Positions 58,290 through 64,000 of a stretch of 64,000 bases of DNA are shown here, in pieces. The stretch comes from an uncultured cyanobacterium (GTDB taxonomy: Bacteria; Cyanobacteriota; Cyanobacteriia; Cyanobacteriales; CAWCAG01). The notes under the pieces are model-generated. The model was not told the DNA's origin, searched no databases, and was given only the letters and a program-made list of their open reading frames with translations. The stretch covers positions 96,001-160,000 of the forward strand of contig CAWDOD010000002.1 in NCBI GenBank assembly GCA_963803805.1, in the 5' to 3' direction. A program made the translations under genes and the position numbers. Within the stretch, counting starts at the first letter, position 1; every line of letters begins with the position of its first letter.

Positions 58290-58530
58290 CAAAAACAGCA
58301 ACCCCGTCTGATGTGCTAAGGAATTTCCTCTCATTTATTAATATTAAACAGAGCCGTTTTTCAGCTCCCTTAATTACCAAATATTGGGAAATATTAGCTT
58401 CCAGTTAAGTTGCTGTTTTTGATTTAACGAGACAGATGTTGAGTTTGACTTTGACAGCGCCTTCGACTCCTGAGTTCAACTGTTTACCTAGCGCTTGTTA
58501 TCTGCCAGGGAAGCAATCTCTTACTTCATC
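58290..58530 (-). ncRNA. Candidate large structured non-coding RNA, unassigned
   Basis: Several stems, including a perfect 13-bp long-range pairing. G-U pairs favour the minus strand. No credible ORF. Confidence 0.5.
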
Positions 58531-58658
58531 TACAAACTTAGCATTATTTTTCCTTGTTTTTTATTAACTAAACTAAAATTCATGTTTATAACTATATTTA
58601 CTTATGTTAATGTAAACATAAATGAAGTTAATAGGATTTTTACTAGTTAAGAACAGTT

Positions 58659-59601
58659 CTAGTTAATATGTAAATTCATAAATAAAGTTATTAAAAAAAT
58701 CAATAAACTAGGAATTATTAATAAATAAAAGGCTGGTTTAAGACGAAATATAGTAAAGGTTAATCCTAGAACTTTGAGATCGAAGATAGAGCCAAAAAGT
58801 AAAAAAGCTAGTATGGAGCCATTATCAAAACTAGAAGTAAAGAAATTAGCGAAAAAAGCATTAACAGTCGAGCCTATGGAAATGACTGTGCTGAGGGCTA
58901 ACATAGACAGAAGGGAAGTAACAGGCCCTTGGGCAAAATTTAGTATAGTTAAGGGAGGAACCAAAACTTGAATTAAAGCAGCGATTCGCACAAATCAAGA
59001 CAAGAATGCTTCCTAATTCCCTTGACTCTTTTAGAAAATTGTCAAGAAAAAGATTTAAGTTATGACTAAAAAACTTTTCTTTTCTATCTCCGGTTTTGTT
59101 TGGTTCTGCTGAGGTAAAAGTAGCGCAACGAAGTAAATTAGCCGCATATTCCGGCGAATTAGCCGTAGCTAAAAAAGATTTTGTCCCTAAATTAGCTTTA
59201 AAAAGATAACCAACCAACGTAGCGATGGCCACAGCAAAAATCACTCTCAACGTAACCAGTTGTGGTTGAGCCTGAAAAGCCACCCAAGTCGAATAAAGTG
59301 TAAAAGGATTAATCGTCGGCGCTCCTAAGAAGAAACCAATAGCTAGGGGGGCAGAAACTCCTTGGGTTAACAACCGCCGTACTACGGGGATATTACCATA
59401 CTTGCATACCGGTAGCACTAACCCTAGACAACTACCCAAAAAAGCTGCTAAAAAAGGATTGCGCGGACAAAAGGAAGATAAGGAGCGCTGTTCTCCTAAC
59501 ACAAGCAGTAAACTTGAGATGGCAATCCCTAACAACAGGAAGGGAAGTGCCTCGAAAAGTAAACTCAAAAATAGAGTAGGAGCATTATTCAACAGAGTCA
59601 T
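58659..59601 (-). CDS. DUF318/ArsP-type permease with one extra base
   Basis: EALPFL, LPVCKYGNIP, APTINP, FLLFGSIFDLK; frame change near 58985. Confidence 0.85.
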
Positions 59602-59987
59602 GCGGTTTGGTGGAGAATACCTTTTTTTGGTATGATTTTCGATTAGATTTTACACTTAAACTAGGCACTTTATCACTTAAGTTGCTCAGTTACTTGTTTA
59701 CAAGCGACTAGCTGGAGAATCTGAATTTAAGCAATATTGCTAAAGGATGTAACTTGCCTAAACCTCTCTCAAAAGAAATAACTAAAATAAATTGTTTCTA
59801 TTTCTCTAGATTGAGATTTGATGGTTTATTTCGTTTCCTGGCTTTATAAGTTTGACAAATCCTCTTCTGTGACTAGTAATCATTCTTTCTAAGAGAAAAA
59901 TCTTAAGTTCCTAAGAAAGATAAATAGTGATTAAATATTGATTAATTTCGTGGTAATAAAATAAAGTTATCTTAATGGGGAATAGAA

Positions 59988-60464
59988 ATGTCTAAAACGA
60001 GTGGTGCAAGTAGCAAAAAGGTTTCCAAAGTCTTTATCGATATTCTTAGCTTTGTTGTCGCGATTATTGCTTCAGCCATCCTCACAGGCTTTCTCGCTTA
60101 CTTAATTGCTCAAGCCTTTGATTGGCAATTTTGGTCAGGACTAAAAAGTTTATTAGCTACAGTTCTACCCATTATGATTATTTACTATCTTACTTCCTTC
60201 ACTCAAATAACTAATAGAGAGAATTCAATTCCTCTGTTTAATATCTATTTTATTTTTACTCTTTGGTCAATAGTTCTGTTTGTAATTTTACAATACTTTT
60301 CTAGTTCCTTTATCCCAATACCAGAAGTTGCTTTATCTTTTACTCTAGCTTGTTTCTTTAACCTAGCGAGGAAAAGTTCATTCCAAGCTTTTTTGTCTTG
60401 TGCCTACGGAATCGTTTCCGGTTTCTTGATTTATTCTCTTTTCTTTGGTTTACCGGTAAGGTAA
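59988..60464 (+). CDS. Hypothetical polytopic membrane protein
   Basis: About five hydrophobic helices; RBS GGGG upstream. Confidence 0.7.
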   Translation: MSKTSGASSKKVSKVFIDILSFVVAIIASAILTGFLAYLIAQAFDWQFWSGLKSLLATVLPIMIIYYLTSFTQITNRENSIPLFNIYFIFTLWSIVLFVILQYFSSSFIPIPEVALSFTLACFFNLARKSSFQAFLSCAYGIVSGFLIYSLFFGLPVR

Positions 60465-60606
60465 TGATTTGACAAACCCTACTCTCTAGAAAAAACTCCC
60501 TATACCAGCAGCTTGATAAATAGTCTTACAAAGTCCGAAACCATAGAATCTTAACTTAGTTGGGTTAACTATTTCATCTCAACTCAACGCTTCAGGAGGT
60601 TTTCTC

Positions 60607-62826
60607 ATGAAAAGCCAAGTCTTCTCTCGAATTTTATTGGCAGGATATTTTTTATTATCAGCCAGTACTTCACAAATCATCTTCCCTGCCCCAGCAAAGG
60701 CTCAAATAGTTACCGGAGAAGAACTATACTATAACTTTTTTGACCAAAAAATTAGTCTTAATTTGCGTTCTGATGCACTAGCAGTTGCTTTTAAACCCCA
60801 AAGGGCTGTTCGAGGGACAACAAGGGGCGACAACCAGGAACAAAGTTATAGTTTGCCTCTACATCTACAATTGCAGCAGGATTTACAACAGGGGGTTTTA
60901 GAACCAAATTCCTCGGAAGAATTTCTAGAAGATACAGAAACAGAAAATTCAGGAAAACTTACTCGTAGTCCGGTTGGTGCTTCTGGGCAAATTGCTCCTT
61001 TGAATTTAGAAGTTAAGCCTCTAGGGGAAAACTACGCTTTAGTCAGTTTTTCTGCTGCTACTACCGATACTTCTCTGGCTGTTAAGCGCAATATTGAAGA
61101 AAAAAACTACGTAGAAAGCACCTTACCTGTATTAAGTCGCCCAGAAAAAACTTCTCCAGAAAAGGAAGTCATTGTTTTACCCAATGAAATTACTATCAAC
61201 TTCGCTTCAGGGCTATCTGAAAGGGAAAAACAAGCAATTCTTTTAGAAAATAATCTAGAAATTATCCGCCCTCTACGCTTCACTACAGATCGCTATCTAG
61301 TACGTTCGACTATTGCTTCTGGTACAGAAGTATTGCAAGTTGCTAATCAACTTAATCAAGTCCCGAAAATAAAATCAGCTACCCCCAATTTCATTCAAAC
61401 CCTTACTAGTCAGTATCTAAAAGAAGATCCTAATTTTCCTAAAGCTGATAGGGGTAAAAAGAACAAACTTTTAGCCATGCACTGGCATCTTAATAGTACT
61501 TCCCTCACTAGTTGTTTAAAAAAGCGTCCCAATAATCTTGATAGTTTAGAAGGTTATTTAGACAGATGTCTACCGAATGTTGGGGTGCAAGAAAATTTTA
61601 ATTCACCTCGCATTGATATTCGGGCAACAGAAGCTTGGCAACAAAGTAGTCGCGGTGAAGGGGTGATAGTTGCTGTAATTGATAGCTTAATTCAATGGGA
61701 TCACCCCGACTTAATTAATAATATCCACCAAGTTGGCAAGGTTAGCGATCTCTTGCCTGGGGAAGTTCAGGGTTGGGATTTTGTGGAAAATGATCCTGAT
61801 ACAGGAGTTAGTCAAGCAGAATTACAAATCATTGGCAATCAATTTCGTGAAGCTTTCACCCTCTCTGATAGAGAGTTGCGCCAACAATATCCTCAACTGT
61901 TTACTGAGATTATCGAACAAAATCCAGAATATCAAGAAGCACAAATTGCCAACACCGCTCGTTTCCGCCTCCGTAATGAAGTAGCTGGGGAGTTCCACGG
62001 TACTATGGTTTCTGGTGTTGTAGCTGCCCAGCCCCAAGGAGAAGATGGAGTAATAGGAGTAGCACCCCAAGCCCAAATCTTACCTATACGAGTTATTGGT
62101 ATTAATGGCAGTTTTTCCAGTGCGGCTTATTTGGAAGCTTTAGCTTATGCAGGGGCAAGGAAAGTTGATATTATCAACCTCAGTCTTGGTTCGCAAATAC
62201 CTTCCCAAGGGGAGGTGGAACTAATCTCAGAACTTTTAGAAGCTGACCCTAAATTAGTTATTGTCGCTGCTGCGGGAAATCAAAACCAAGGAAACATTAT
62301 TTTTCCTGCTGGAGTACCAGGAGTAATTGCTGTTGGTGCAACCAATCTCAATGGTTATCGTGCTTCCTATAGTAATTATGGTCAAAATGAGGGTTTCGCC
62401 CAAACCATAACTGTAGTTGCCCCTGGAGGGGATAATACAGTCCCCCACAACTTAGGACGCATTCTTACCACCGGAGGAACTTGGCTAAGTACTTTCTGGA
62501 CAGGCATTGATAACCCAGGAAATTGGGGACCAAACTTTGATACCAGAGGTAAATATCGGTGGAGTTTAGGAACTTCTTTCTCAACTCCTGCCGTGGCTGG
62601 GGTTATCGCTTTAATGAAGGGAGAAGATGCTTCCCAAAGTATTAATCGAGAACAAATAGTAGGGATTCTGCAACAAACCTCTAGTTATCAAGGATTAAGC
62701 TTAAGGGAAGAGGAAATTGCTCTTTACAAATCCCAAATGCTTGTTGATTATCAATCAGCTAAGCAGTATTTTTTCGGCAGTGGCTTGGTAAATGCAGAAG
62801 CGGCGGTACAAAGAGTTAAAGAGTAA
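60607..62826 (+). CDS. Secreted S8 (subtilisin-like) serine peptidase with N-terminal pro-domain
   Basis: Signal peptide ending AKA; VAVIDS (Asp), FHGTMVSG (His), AAAGN, GTSFSTP (Ser). Confidence 0.92.
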   Translation: MKSQVFSRILLAGYFLLSASTSQIIFPAPAKAQIVTGEELYYNFFDQKISLNLRSDALAVAFKPQRAVRGTTRGDNQEQSYSLPLHLQLQQDLQQGVLEPNSSEEFLEDTETENSGKLTRSPVGASGQIAPLNLEVKPLGENYALVSFSAATTDTSLAVKRNIEEKNYVESTLPVLSRPEKTSPEKEVIVLPNEITINFASGLSEREKQAILLENNLEIIRPLRFTTDRYLVRSTIASGTEVLQVANQLNQVPKIKSATPNFIQTLTSQYLKEDPNFPKADRGKKNKLLAMHWHLNSTSLTSCLKKRPNNLDSLEGYLDRCLPNVGVQENFNSPRIDIRATEAWQQSSRGEGVIVAVIDSLIQWDHPDLINNIHQVGKVSDLLPGEVQGWDFVENDPDTGVSQAELQIIGNQFREAFTLSDRELRQQYPQLFTEIIEQNPEYQEAQIANTARFRLRNEVAGEFHGTMVSGVVAAQPQGEDGVIGVAPQAQILPIRVIGINGSFSSAAYLEALAYAGARKVDIINLSLGSQIPSQGEVELISELLEADPKLVIVAAAGNQNQGNIIFPAGVPGVIAVGATNLNGYRASYSNYGQNEGFAQTITVVAPGGDNTVPHNLGRILTTGGTWLSTFWTGIDNPGNWGPNFDTRGKYRWSLGTSFSTPAVAGVIALMKGEDASQSINREQIVGILQQTSSYQGLSLREEEIALYKSQMLVDYQSAKQYFFGSGLVNAEAAVQRVKE

Positions 62827-63014
62827 CAGGTAAGAGGTAATCTTTCACAGCAAAAACTATCCCTGAACCTCAAGTGGACACACCACTAGTAAAATTAATT
62901 GTCTACTTTTGTAATAAAGAGCTAAATTCCCATCGGGATACCGTGGTTTTATGGCAAGATTAAAAATCGTTATTTAAAATTTAACTGCTCCTCATCCACA
63001 AGGAAATTAGTATT

Positions 63015-63653
63015 ATGACTTTGCAACTAGGCGATACAGTCCCAGATTTCAAGCAAGACTCTAGCGCAGGAGAAATCTCCTTTCACGATTGGGCTGGAGA
63101 TAGTTGGGTTGTGCTTTTTTCTCACCCAGCAGACTATACCCCTGTTTGTACAACCGAATTGGGTATGGTTGCTAAACTCAAACCAGAATTTGATAAGCGT
63201 AACACCAAAGTAATAGCCCTAAGTGTAGATGATGCAAAATCTCACTTAGGTTGGATCAAAGATATTGATGAAACTCAAAGTACCAGCGTCAATTATCCTA
63301 TCTTGGCAGACTCAGATCGTAAGGTTTCTGATCTTTACGGTATGATTCATCCCCAAGCTGATAATACCCTCACAGTACGTTCGGTTTTCATCATCGACCC
63401 CAACAAAAAGCTACGCTTAACTATTACCTATCCTGCTAGTACAGGACGTAACTTCAACGAAATTCTGCGAGTGATTGACTCTTTACAACTCACTGATCAT
63501 CATCAAGTTGCTACTCCGGTTAACTGGGAAGATGGCGGAGACTGTGTGATTGTTCCTTCTTTGAAAGATCCTGAAGTATTAAAAGAGAAGTTTCCGAAAG
63601 GATACAAGGAAGTTAAACCTTATTTACGCATGACTCCCCAGCCTAATAAGTAG
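63015..63653 (+). CDS. 1-Cys peroxiredoxin (Prx6 type)
   Basis: FSHPADYTPVCTTE, YPASTGRN. Confidence 0.95.
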   Translation: MTLQLGDTVPDFKQDSSAGEISFHDWAGDSWVVLFSHPADYTPVCTTELGMVAKLKPEFDKRNTKVIALSVDDAKSHLGWIKDIDETQSTSVNYPILADSDRKVSDLYGMIHPQADNTLTVRSVFIIDPNKKLRLTITYPASTGRNFNEILRVIDSLQLTDHHQVATPVNWEDGGDCVIVPSLKDPEVLKEKFPKGYKEVKPYLRMTPQPNK

Positions 63654-63672
63654 GAGACTAGGAGAGGGAAAG

Positions 63673-63804
63673 TAATTAGGTAATAGGTAATAGGTAATAG
63701 GTGAAGAACATACCATTTTCTTTCAAGAAACACCACCACCAAACTCCTATAAAATGGTATTTAGGTCAAACTTATTACTTGTTACTTATTACTTATTACT
63801 TATT
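63673..63804. repeat. Heptamer repeats (AGGTAAT)n and (TTACTTA)n
   Basis: Directly visible; similar arrays at 38893-38908, 45925-45940 and 46073-46097. Confidence 0.85.
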
Positions 63805-63809
63805 AAAAT

Positions 63810-64000
63810 ATGGATATTAAAAATGGCTTCATAGACACTATCGGTAATACTCCCCTGATTCGTTTAAATAGTTTTAGTGACGAAACAGGCTGTGAAATCT
63901 TAGGGAAAGCGGAGTTTCTTAATCCTGGAGGATCAGTAAAAGATCGGGCAGCTTTGTATATTATCAAAGATGCTGAAGAAAAGGGTCTGCTTAAGCCGGG
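63810..64000 (+). CDS. Cysteine synthase, 5' part (truncated by window end)
   Basis: [35 protein letters not shown] (PLP-binding Lys motif). Confidence 0.92.
   Translation, partial: MDIKNGFIDTIGNTPLIRLNSFSDETGCEILGKAEFLNPGGSVKDRAALYIIKDAEEKGLLKP

Noticed and set aside
58122-58380. Minus-strand ORFs 58122-58334 and 58198-58380
   Set aside because: Antisense to the frameshifted ferredoxin and overlapping the structured element; no protein-like features
58290-58530. 6S RNA, tmRNA or a known riboswitch as the identity of the structured element
   Set aside because: No single rod with a central bubble, no tRNA-like ends or tag ORF, no same-strand gene directly downstream. This is by eye only and needs an Rfam scan.
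60607-62826. Cyanobactin (PatA/PatG-type) protease cluster
   Set aside because: The protein has a signal peptide, and no precursor peptide, cyclodehydratase or other pat genes are nearby

Overview
Chromosomal window from a cyanobacterium. Evidence: about 30 HIP1 octamers GCGATCGC by eye, cphBA, sqdBX, ftrV, a Yfr2 sRNA and heptamer tandem repeats. Most of it is core metabolism: cyanophycin, trmD, panE, thiC with a TPP riboswitch, hrcA, glgC, sulfolipid synthesis, ureDAB, tldDE, glnN, peroxiredoxin and cysteine synthase. It also holds a ~17 kb multi-kinase signalling cluster built around a CheB/CheR hybrid kinase, a complete IS630 element, a 144-bp MITE with a 9-bp target duplication, two internally deleted relics (Uma2 and xisH-xisI) and two ParA paralogues. 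Eight otherwise intact genes carry ten single-base indels, most likely assembly errors; one of them hides a 2Fe-2S ferredoxin from the ORF track. The best candidate for something undescribed is a ~240-nt non-coding, apparently pseudoknotted element at 58290-58530 (minus strand). Next are further structured intergenic RNA candidates and a CAB-less, His-tailed ferrochelatase paralogue with an NtcA box. No tRNA, rRNA or CRISPR array was seen. All calls are by eye, without database searches.
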